From positions 12,400,001 to 12,464,000 of the forward strand of contig OX597822.1 in NCBI GenBank assembly GCA_951406725.2: a DNA stretch of 64,000 nt. The letters are read 5' to 3'. Every line of letters begins with the position of its first letter. Position 1 is the first letter of the stretch. The notes under the pieces were generated by a model, which was not told where the DNA came from, ran no database searches, and saw only the letters and a program-made list of their open reading frames with translations. The position numbers were made by a program, and so were the translations under genes. Positions 10,651 to 22,351 of the stretch are shown here, piece after piece. The DNA comes from Octopus vulgaris (taxonomy: Eukaryota).

Positions 10651-11335
10651 ATATAATTAAGGGCTAAAGAGGGTTATTCTAAAGCCAATACACTGATTTA
10701 TCCACTTATAATCCGCTTGCTACAGGAGAATTGAAACTGAAAACGGGCAACTAACCTTTAGAAAATTTAAAATTCGTTATCTCTATATTGAATCAATGTC
10801 GGACTTAATCTTATAAAAAAGATATATTCTTTCTTCAGTAGAGCTTTCGATGGGATATAAATAAAATACTCACGTATGATCATGGAAAAAGCACAAGCTA
10901 AAAACATAACTACACTTGAGTACATCATTTATGGACTTCATCCTATATTGCTAGTAGTAAACTCGCTGCTTGCTACGGTAGGACCGGTAACCATTACAAT
11001 TTGTAGCGGCGAAAGGTCAAGACGTTGTTTCTGAAGCTGACCAAAGAATTTTCATTTTTAGATATAAATGATGTACTCAAGTGTAGTTATGTTTTTAGCT
11101 TGTGCTTTTTCCATGATCATACGTGAGTATTTTATTTATATCCCATCGAAAGCTCTACTGAAGAAAGAATATATCTTTTTTATAAGATTAAGTCCGAAAT
11201 TGATTCAATATAGAGATAACGAAATTTAAATTTTCTAAAGGTTAGTTGCCCGTTTTCAGTTTCAATTCTCCTGTAGCAAGCGGATTATAAGTGTATAAAT
11301 CAGTGTATTGGCTTTAGAATAACCCTCTTTAGCCC

Positions 11336-11345
<10 letters not shown>
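10651..11345. repeat. Long inverted repeat: ~280 bp arms, ~130 bp spacer
   Basis: 10651-10932 is the near-perfect reverse complement of 11064-11345, with a few mismatches. Confidence 0.95.
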
Positions 11346-11376
<31 letters not shown>

Positions 11377-11377
<1 letters not shown>

Positions 11378-11699
11378 CTAAACTTGTGTATCTGTGTGTG
11401 TGTCTGTGTGTTTAACTTCCCGGCACATCTCCTGCTAGCCAACAAATCGTAGAACCACCAAAAATGGGTCATTTAAAGTTTAGGCGAATGAAAATTGAAC
11501 TGCGATATTTCTGTTCAGAAATTCATCACGCAAGTGCAAAAGTTGATAATGTGTTTGTTTAGGCCTTATCCCATGCATTGAATAGTGAGCTTTACTCAGT
11601 CACCTGTTTGACGTGAACTGTGTTCACCAAGCGTGCAAGCATGCGTAAATTGCATGAAAAATAAAAAAATTAAGATATAAAAACGGGCAATAATGCTAG
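11377..11699 (+). mobile_element. Non-autonomous Helitron (internally deleted)
   Basis: Homologous to the reverse complement of 14365-14690. Ends cgggcaataatgCTAG|T; its 5' end merges into (TA)n. Confidence 0.7.
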
Positions 11700-11747
11700 T
11701 ATATGTATATTTGTATATACATATATGCATATATATAAATGTATATA

Positions 11748-11815
<68 letters not shown>

Positions 11816-11849
11816 TACATATATATATGTATATATATATGTATACATA

Positions 11850-11928
<79 letters not shown>

Positions 11929-11932
<4 letters not shown>

Positions 11933-12030
11933 GTAAAACCTTTTCTATTCCTGAGCGTTATACTAATACATCTGTTTGTTTTTGTACTCCACCTGTCTTC
12001 GTCTTTTGTTTTTTCGTAAACTCTCCCTAT
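11929..12030 (+). mobile_element. Family P2 terminus truncated at the hammerhead 3' half
   Basis: Starts aaacgtaaaacc, the AAA-cg-TA end of the ribozyme; reverse-complement homolog of 31188-31295. Confidence 0.7.
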
Positions 12031-12730
12031 ATGTATATGCATATATGTATATGTATATGCATGTATGTATAAGTATATGCATATGTATATGTATATATAT
12101 ATATGTGTGTATATATATATATATACACATATATATATACAATTATATATGTATATATATGTGTATATATATACATATATATATGCATATATATATGTAT
12201 ATATATTTATATATATATATATATATATGCATATATATATATGTATATATATGTGAGTATATATATATTCATATATATATATTCATATATATACATATAT
12301 ATTTATATAGATATATATAAATATGTGTATATATATATATATATATGCGCGTGTGTGTATGTGTATATATATTTGTGAGCGTTTCTAAGCTTTTGTGTGT
12401 GTATGTATAATTCTTACTAGACTAATTCTGTGACCATTAGTACACGTACGTTTGTGTCTATATATACTTGTCTTGTGTATTTATGTATCCTCAACCGCGT
12501 GACCCTCTGCGTGCGCCAGCATACGTGTGTACATCTGGCAATGTGTATGGACAAGTTTGCGGGTGTATGTGCGTGTGTGTGTTTTTGTACAGGTATACAG
12601 AGAGGGAAAGAGAATAATAATGGTAGGGAGAGACAATAGTTGAAAAAAGATTATTCAAAAACAGAAACATGCAAACACTAACACACAAACACACACACAT
12701 ACTCACGTGCGCGCACGCACACACAGGCAT

Positions 12731-12777
<47 letters not shown>

Positions 12778-13020
12778 ACTATATATAACTTCTGTGTGTA
12801 TCTATATAAAGTTGTACACGTTTGTATATATAGATATACATTTAAAAATGTATGCGCGTTTGGAAGTAAATGTATGAGTATACACATACAGTTACTAACA
12901 CGCAATCACACCCACACACACACACACATATGTATATTATCTTGCAAGCAGGCAGGCTGGTAGACAAGCGCATAGATAATGTGTGTTTATGTGTGTGTGT
13001 GTGTGTCAATAAATACCCCC

Positions 13021-13147
<127 letters not shown>

Positions 13148-13699
13148 TACAGACACACACACAAACATATATATATATATAAATATATATATATATGTAT
13201 GTATATATTTCCGTTGTCTTCACTGAGACGCATCATCAGACACGGCGACAGATTTAGTCATTTCCAGCGCAGCCTTGTCACGTAGGAGAGAAAATGAGAT
13301 AGTCTTGAGAAGTGGTTCTATTCAACACGTTTCATTGCTTCCAGGTACATATTCACCATTCCGAGCTTCTGTCACGACACTGGCCAATTCGAACACAGAG
13401 ACAGAAGTATTTATCTTATATTTCTGTACATATGGTGTAATTTTCTTTTCTTTATAGTTATTTGATTTCTCTTTATAAAGGAGATCGCTTCTAACAATGA
13501 AAGTTTCGATAACACTAGAGAGTCGCAGGACGAAATTTAGAAAAGTCATGCTTGATTCTACTCACCCGCTTACGCTCTGCTTCTATAAAATACGTTTAAC
13601 TGTCTTTTTCCTTTGCTTAACACAAAAACACGCACACATACACACACGCAAACACACACCCACACACACACACTCACGCACACACTCACATACTAATTT

Positions 13700-13905
13700 A
13701 CCCTTTTACACGTTTCAGTCATTTGACTTTGGCCATGCTGGAATACCGCCTTTAGTCGAGCAAATCGACCCCTGGGCTTATTCTTGGTAAACCTAGTACT
13801 TATTCTATCGGTCTCTTTTGCCGAAACGTTAAGTTTCACCGACATAAACACAGCAACATCGGTTGTCAAGTTATGGTGGAAGAACAAACGCCGACACAAA
13901 GACAC
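13700..13905 (-). mobile_element. SINE family A, 3' half (split by Helitron)
   Basis: Matches 16137-16345. Confidence 0.85.
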
Positions 13906-13928
13906 ACACTTAGAATTATATATACATA

Positions 13929-14208
13929 CTAGCAGTATCGCCCGGCGTTGCGGTTTGTTTAGACCCTTTAGAACTGGAATTTTTGAAAAGTAAAAATTCG
14001 GAAGAACGTACCTTGTTAAATGAAATACACCGAAAAATGGCGACACAGCAGTCAAAATATCGTAAAAAATATTGATTTTCATAGAAAAAAGGCACCTTTT
14101 TGATGTAAATGAGTTTTGGTGTTAACATGGTCCGATTTGAATTTTTTATTCTACGGAAGGAAGAGTTAGCCTTTTTCTATCAAACTCTCATATATATATG
14201 TATTTATG

Positions 14209-14268
<60 letters not shown>

Positions 14269-14682
14269 TATATGATGATATATATATATATTAATACAAA
14301 AAAACCCTCCAGGCTACATCTCGAAAAATCATTTTTTTGCCGAATTTCTACAATGTTTACGACGATTCGTTTTTATATCTTGATTTTTTATTTTTCATGC
14401 AATTTACGCATGCTTGCACGCGTGATGAACACAGTTCACGTCAAACAGGTGACTGAGTAAAGTTCACTATGCAATGCATGGGATAAGGCCTAAACAAACA
14501 CATTATCAATTTTTGCACTTGCGAGATGAATTTCGGAACAGAAATAGCGTAGTTCAATTTTCATTCGCCTCAACTGTAAGTGACCCATTTTGGTGGTTCT
14601 ACGATTTGTTGGCTAGGAGGAGGTGTGCCGGGAAGTTAAACACACAGATACACACACAGATACACACACAGACACAAGTTGA

Positions 14683-14713
<31 letters not shown>

Positions 14714-15057
14714 TCTCCATGGTTCCTCGTTGACTGTTTCCCTTTCACTAAACATTTTTATATCTTACTTTCCCCTATCCCCTCACATCACTCTCACTCC
14801 CCTCGCTATCTTATGTCTTTCTATCACTCAGCCATTATTTCTTCCAAGGGAGGCTACTCCCTAACATTGATAGTTTTTCTAGAGTTACCTCATTCAATGC
14901 TCAAACTTTAATCTATAATATAACATAGGATAAGGCCTAAACAAACACATTATCGAGTTTTTTGATGGTTCTACGATTTGTTGGCTAGGAGATGTGCCGG
15001 GAAGTTAAACACACAGACACACACACAGACGCACAAGTTGAGTTTTATATATATAGA
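13929..15057 (-). mobile_element. Composite non-autonomous Helitron with duplicated 5' end
   Basis: The minus strand begins A|TCtatatatataaaactc (15057) and ends gccgggcgatactgCTAG|T (13929). The 5' module occurs twice (14490-14690 and 14927-15057). Confidence 0.75.
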
Positions 15058-15061
15058 TATA

Positions 15062-15192
15062 TACACGATAGCCTTTTTTCAGTTTCCGTCTACCAGGTCC
15101 ACTCATAAGGATTTGGTTGGCCGAGGCTACAGTAGAAGACTCTTGTCTGAGCCTTGAACGAATTGGTTGCGAAGCAAGCTTCTTATCACACA
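15062..15192 (-). mobile_element. SINE family A, 5' half (split by Helitron)
   Basis: Degenerate match to 16388-16540. Confidence 0.75.
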
Positions 15193-15229
15193 CATACATA
15201 TATAGACTTCATAACGCACAGCTGTGTGT

Positions 15230-15553
15230 AGGCGTAGACGTGGCTTTGTGGTAAGAAACTTGCTACCAACCACATGCTTCTGGGTTCCACCTCACTGCGT
15301 GACACCTTGGGAAAGTCTCCTCAACGACACCCTGGGGCCCGCTAAAGCCTTGTGAATGATGTTTATCTTTGTGCCTGTGTTTGCCCCCTACCATCACTGG
15401 AAACCTGTGTTGGTGTACTTACGTTGGTGTGTTTACGTTCTTGTTATCAGAATAAGTACCCAAATTTACAAAAAAAATGCTGTGGCGCTGATTAGGCTAA
15501 ACATTCTTGCAGGCGGTGCCCCAATATGGCCGCAGTCTGCCAACTGAAACAAG
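15230..15553 (+). mobile_element. SINE family A, diverged copy
   Basis: tRNA-like head tggctttgtggtaag...gggttcca; tail ggcggtgccccaatatggccgcagtc. Confidence 0.8.
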
Positions 15554-15555
15554 CT

Positions 15556-15964
15556 TCTTATTTGTTTATTGTCCACAAGGGGCTAAATATAGAGGGAACA
15601 AACAAGGACAGACAAAGGGATTAAGTCGACTTCATCGACCCCAGTGCGTAACTGGTACTTAATTTATCGACCCCGAAAGGATGAAAGGCAAAGTCGACCT
15701 CGGCGGAATTTGAACTCAGAATGTAGCGGCAGACGAAATACCTATTTCTTTACTACCCACAAGGGGCTAAACACAGAGAGGAAAGACAAACGGATTAAGT
15801 CGATTATATCGACATTAGTGCGTAACTGGTACTTATTTAATCCTTCCCGAAATGATGAAAGGCAAAGTCGACCTCGGTGGAATTTGAACTCAGAACGTAA
15901 CGGCAGACGAAATACCGCTAAGTATTTCGCCCGGCGTGTTAACACTTCTGCCAGCTCGCCGCCT
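15556..15964 (-). mobile_element. SINE family B with tandemly duplicated 3' part
   Basis: Minus head ggcggcgagctggcagaa, B-box gagttcaaattcc; 15556-15741 is similar to 15742-15916. Confidence 0.85.
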
Positions 15965-16136
15965 TCTTACCACACAGCAACCCTTGCTCATATGATGAAC
16001 TTGAAATTCGAATAACGAAATAAGTGGTGTCCTCTGGCAGCTGCCGTGTTTATACAGTATGGCATGATGGTAATCTCTCGGAGTCCGCTAAGAAAGAGAG
16101 TTCTGGATTTCATGCTGAACAATCATCATAAATGAA

Positions 16137-16542
16137 TTACTCTTTTACTCTTTTACTTGTTTCAGTCATTTGACTGCGGCCATGCTGGAGCACCGCCTTT
16201 AGTCGAGCAACTAGACCCAATGACTTATTCTTTGTAAGCCCAGTACTTATTCTATCGGTCTCCTTTGCCGAACCGCTAAGTGACGGGGACATAAACACGC
16301 CAGCATCGGTTGTCAAGCAATGCTAGGGAGACAAACACAGACACACAAATACACACACATACACATATACATATATATATACATATATACGACGGGCTTC
16401 TTTCAGTTTCCGTCTACCGAATCCACTCGCAACGCATTAGTCGGCCCGGGGCTATAGCAGAAGACACTTGCCCAAGATGCCACGCAGTGGGACTGAACCC
16501 GGAACCATGTGGTTAGTAAGCAAGCTACTTACCACACAGCCA
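16137..16542 (-). mobile_element. tRNA-derived SINE family A
   Basis: Minus: A-box tggctgtgtgg, B-box ggttcagtccc, internal (TA/TG) microsatellite, (gtaaaaga)n tail. About 9 copies in the window. Confidence 0.9.
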
Positions 16543-17683
16543 TCAATTGTTCAAATTGATTAATTGTTTCTGCTCTATATTAACACACAACCTCCATGAG
16601 ATCAGCGTTGCCTGAACAAGTGCACTCTGTACCACATGTGATGGGCGGTGACATTAAGCAAAAAAATTGGCCGAAAAGCTCGGTTTATTGCTTTGGTTCA
16701 AAGGCTGAATGTTTTTCATGTCCACAGAAAATGTGAGTTCACATCTTATTGGTAGTTTTGTGCTTTTGCCATACATAGTGGTCTTTAAAACTTTATTTTA
16801 ACGCTGTTATTCGTAGCTTTATCGACTTCGAAGTCCACATTTAACAAAGTGATCGTAGAGCAACGTGAGAAGTGTTCTGTTCAATAACGTCATGCACTAA
16901 CCTGCCCAGAAATTGAAACCGCCATCTCGCTATCGTGAATGCAATAAGCTATTCACTTGGTCATGCGCCCACACGTCCGCACAATGTAGATATAAGAGAA
17001 AACACGTGCGGAAAGCGTAAATCTGTTGGGCTGAAAGCGAAAGAATATGGTTACAAACTGAATTTCTTAATCACACAGCAAAGCCTGAGGATGACCGACT
17101 GCAAGTATTTGCGGTGTCGAACCCACATGTATGTCTTATTAAATGGACCATAGATAGCAATTTTGTGAATCATATATGTTGGTGTCTATTTACTAATATA
17201 CGTTTATATTCTCATGTTTGACGTTAAGTGTGTATATAAAGAAATCTGTTATATAAATGACATCTAATGCAAATTGGAGTTGCTCATGTGTGTACAAATG
17301 TATGCAGGTGTGTATACAAGTGTAGCAGTGCATGTAAATATAAATCTATGTATGAAAGGGCGCACGTGCGTTACTGTGTGTATGTACAATAACAAATATC
17401 ATTCACCATATCTTTCCATACTTGCCCTCCCTGAGGTTTGCATGTATCTAAGAGACGCTTGTTATCTAATAGCCGGTTATGTAATATCCCTTGGGAAACG
17501 GCTTCGTAAGATTGGCTGGAATGACTCTAGAATATAGTATGACATATAATATATCCACTCTATTGAGAAATATGTGAATGCTTAATTTTTCTGACTTATA
17601 GATTCATAAACGACTATATATACACACATACGTGCATGTACATAGATGAATACGTATATACATACAGACATACATACATACAT

Positions 17684-17764
<81 letters not shown>

Positions 17765-17906
17765 TATAATTTACAAGATAAGGGCAGAAGAAAAATTCTA
17801 ATGCCAGATCTTGTAAATTATGTATAAATTTGACCTTTAAAGGCATTATTTGATATGCTGGCCATTGATAAAAAATGTTTTCCCGAAAAACATTTTATCC
17901 TATATC

Positions 17907-17977
<71 letters not shown>

Positions 17978-17987
17978 GTATACACAA

Positions 17988-18169
17988 AATTAATGCAAAC
18001 AGCAGGTTGCAAAATGTTTTATCAAAAAGGATGTCCATTAACTACAACAGTAGAGCATTTTAACTCTTATTTCTTGCATTGTAGGTTTTTTTAACGCCCT
18101 GGTCACATTTAGAGTCAATTATAATTTTCTTTTTTCGTAAAACATTGCAACCTGCTGTTTATATTAATT
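17988..18169. mobile_element. MITE-like element with ~33 bp imperfect terminal inverted repeats
   Basis: aattaatgcaaacagcaggttgcaaaatgtttta versus taaaacattgcaacctgctgtttatattaatt. Confidence 0.45.
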
Positions 18170-18298
18170 AATTATATGTACATGCTACACACATAGATAT
18201 GATGTATGTACGAATATATATAGGCATATATTTTCACACACATATGTATACACAGAGACATATGTATATGTGTGTGTTCGTGTGTGTGTATAGTTACA

Positions 18299-18398
<100 letters not shown>

Positions 18399-19287
18399 TG
18401 TGTATGTGTGTGTGTGTATGTGTGTGTGTTTATGTGTGTGTGTGTGTATGTCTTATTGATCCACAGAACAACACAGTGACATCACTCCTAATCAGTGTTT
18501 TCCGATTGGCTACAACTGTCTGACTCCTGCCTCTTAATATGCAATGCAGCCACCCTCCTAATTTCTTACTTATTAAGAGATTACATACATACATACATAC
18601 ACAACAAATTCCCCAACTGTGCTTAATCCATTCAATATAAACATGGAGGAAATATATTGTTGATAAAACATGTGAATGAAACGGTAAACCAAATGTGTAT
18701 GGTATAAATTTTAGTGAGATTTGAAACTATTCTTTGCAACAAGTTTCCCGTTGCTCGTCTAATCATTGTATTCATTTATTTGTTTATTTGCCTGTGCTGT
18801 GTATTGATACGCTTAACGCAGCGTTGAGCAGCGCCAGTGGAGCAGCTACAGATCCGGAAAGTATTTACATATATTTGCCTCAACTTCAACGTTTATACTA
18901 ATGTAATGGATAACAAGTGGAGAATGTTTTATTGTATGGGCGCATGCTGTTCTGCGATTATCATTTCGATTTGGGGATAGTTTTTTCTTGTTTGTTATTT
19001 TTAAAAGCTATTTAAAATAGACGTGTAGTGGTTTATATACTTTTGTCTCTTCCCGTCTTCCCCCTTTTTCCGCCATTTTCTTACTCGTATCTCTCTCATT
19101 CTCTCGGATTCTGTATAAGGTGTCCTTATGTGTATGGCTATATAAATATATACACACAGAGTTGCATGACCATATAATGTGTATATATAGTAAACATATT
19201 TGTATATATTTAAATATTTACATATATATATATATATATATATATATGTGTATGTGCGGGCACGTGCACGTGCGTATGAACTGATAG

Positions 19288-19322
<35 letters not shown>

Positions 19323-19498
19323 CAGGTGTATATTTATGGTATAAAGAGCTTGTTTACAGATACACACATACACACACGTGTGTGTGTGTGTTTGTGGTGG
19401 TTTTGTTGTTAATTCATGTGCGATTTAGTAGCCTTACTTAATGTCTTTTTCATAAAAGTTCCGCTTCTTAGCTATTTAAATGAAGCTACATACATACA

Positions 19499-19554
<56 letters not shown>

Positions 19555-19715
19555 TATTGTATACATATATACTTGTATATATTCATATACAAGTATATAC
19601 ATTCATATTTTTATATATATATGTATATATATATATATATATATACATATATATATAATTACATATATATATACATATACATATATATAATTATATATCT
19701 ATATCTATATCTATC

Positions 19716-19848
<133 letters not shown>

Positions 19849-20790
19849 GTGTGTATATATCTATAAAAATAAAGGAATGAACTGATATATGGACAAATGG
19901 ATCAACTGAAGAATGGATGTAAAGATGTAGGCTTGATTTTGTTGTGTTTACAGTTAGATATTTATTGAAACATTATTACCCGTAAATCATTTCCTCTTGT
20001 GCGTTTATGCCAAATTTGTGTATCGGCATTTATAGATCGGCACTGTTGCGATCCTCTGCATCTTTTGTGCTTGGATTGCGTTGAATCTGTCGTAATACTA
20101 GGGCATGTTGACCGGTTCACTGTGAATCGGGATTCTTATCCGCTCAACCGGACACATTTTCCGTTCATTAGATAAGAAAATGATATTTTTTTTCATTATT
20201 CTAAACGACTTAACATCACTTCCAAGTTTCTCTAAGTGTGCTTTGGCTATTGTACAGCACACAGTAAGTGAGTAAAAATAAATGAATACAGAAATATAAA
20301 TATATAAGCTTTACACGTTCACCGAAAATCAAACGAGAATGCAATATGAAAATGCGTATTATTTTGCCAAAAATTATTTCAAGCATGATTGCATGTCTCT
20401 TCTTTTATCAATCGTTGAAAAGATCCCTAATAAATAATAAAGCTATAAAACCGATCTGAAATTAAGACACAGGCCTCCTTAATGTAAATTTGGTCATAAA
20501 TAATAGCAATCTAGACGGCTTCATGAAAGCTTTTAGAAAAGCATTCTTCTACTCACTATTGCCCTGCTCACAGTTACGATTCGCATAATTTCACAAATGA
20601 TAACTTTGTTCTATATTCTTAGAAAAGGCATTTCTCATATCTATCTATCTATCTATCTATCCGTCTGGCTGTCTGTCTGTCTGTCTCTCTATCTATCTAT
20701 CTATCTAGGCATGTATATATATATATATATTTTATATATATATATGTATATATACATGTACACACATAATACATATATATTTAAATACAT

Positions 20791-20842
<52 letters not shown>

Positions 20843-20843
<1 letters not shown>

Positions 20844-21009
20844 AGGCGCAGGAGTAGCTGTGGCTATGTGGCAACAAGCTTGCTTCCCAACCACATGGTT
20901 TCGGGTTCAGTTCCACTGCCTGGCACCTTGGGCAAGCGTCTTCTGCTGTAGTCTCGACCCGACCAAAGGCTTGCAAGTCTATTTGGTAGACGGAAACTGA
21001 AAAAGCCCG

Positions 21010-21047
<38 letters not shown>

Positions 21048-21210
21048 TTGCATGTCTGTGTCTGTGCCCCACCATCACTTCACAATCGATGTTGGTGTAT
21101 TTATGTCCCCGTAACATGGAATAAGTACTAGGCTTACGAAGAATAAGTCTTGGCGGTGCTCTAGCGTGGCCACAGTTAAATGACTGAAATTAATAAAAGA
21201 GTCAAAGAGT
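20843..21210 (+). mobile_element. SINE family A, internally deleted copy
   Basis: Head ggcgcaggagtagctg, tail tgactgaaa...aaaagagt. Confidence 0.85.
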
Positions 21211-21859
21211 AACATATAAACAATATCATACATATACGCACTGGAAGTGTATATAGAAGTAAGTCTATATATTTGTTTTTCCTTTCTCTGGGAAGCTATT
21301 AAATACATAACATAAATGTACCTTCAGTAATCATTTATTTTCACTTGTACTTTACGTTTAAGTAGCCAGCAAATCTTACGGGGTTTCGGTTCGATTCTCT
21401 GTTGAGGAATTTTAGCAACTCTTTTCAACCTTAGCTAATGAAAAAGCAAATCGTTATGCATGAGTTTTAACGGGTCTTTTTTGTTCACGGATGTTGGGCT
21501 TCATCAATCGTCCGTTGAATGCAATCACCTGATTTTTTGGATGACTTCAGCGCAGTCCACTATAATGCAAGCGCAAAAGCCAGATCTGTTACCTAAGCAC
21601 AACTTAAATTATTCTTCTGTGTGTGATAAGAAAAATGTGTCAGTTACCTTCGTAACCTCACTAAGCAAGAGGCAAGAAAAAGTAAACAGAATTTCTGACC
21701 TTAAACTGGTTTATAACATCGACATTTATTACTAGATTGTTTTTAAAGGTTAGATCGGAGTCTCCCTGAACTTACATAGGGCCTCCAAATCTTGCTTAAG
21801 TAGATAATATTTACCCAAGGTGCCACATCGTGGACCTGAACCCGAAACTAAGAGGTTGG

Positions 21860-22165
21860 GAAGCCTTACGATAGTCGATCCATGACATGGCTAAGTTACT
21901 TATCCTTCTCTTGCAGTCCCTGAGTAGAGTTTTGTCAATCAGGAGTTGATACTTGGTACTTCTACACTTACGATTGCGACCCTTCTGCTCATGTGGAAGG
22001 ACTCCATTTTTTTCCAGATGCTCGTATATTGACTCTGCGAGTATATATAACTTTCACATAAGTGGCAAACAGGATGTCGGCATGTAATTGTCTACCGTAT
22101 TGCTTTTTCGATGTTTTTTAAGCACAGCACTGTCCTACACAATGTCAACCACTCGGGTGTTACTT
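21860..22165 (-). pseudogene. Older Dong/R4-type RT fragment
   Basis: PEWLTLCRTVLCLK...NYMPTSCLP and [53 protein letters not shown]. Confidence 0.8.
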
Positions 22166-22171
22166 GATCGG

Positions 22172-22204
22172 CATTATTATTATTATTATTATTGTTGTTG
22201 TTGT

Positions 22205-22261
<57 letters not shown>

Positions 22262-22275
22262 TATTATTATTATTA

Positions 22276-22351
<76 letters not shown>
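22172..22351. repeat. (TTA)n/(TAA)n array flanking the Dong 3' end
   Basis: Direct reading; the array switches strand orientation twice. Confidence 0.95.

Noticed and set aside
11141-11170. cccatc-GAAA-gc-TC-tactgaaga, resembling a hammerhead 3' half in the long inverted repeat
   Set aside because: No upstream CUGANGA with matching stems could be found.
13200-13250. Minus-strand CTGATGA...GAAA motif
   Set aside because: Stem I does not close after any NUH; the 3' side runs into microsatellite.
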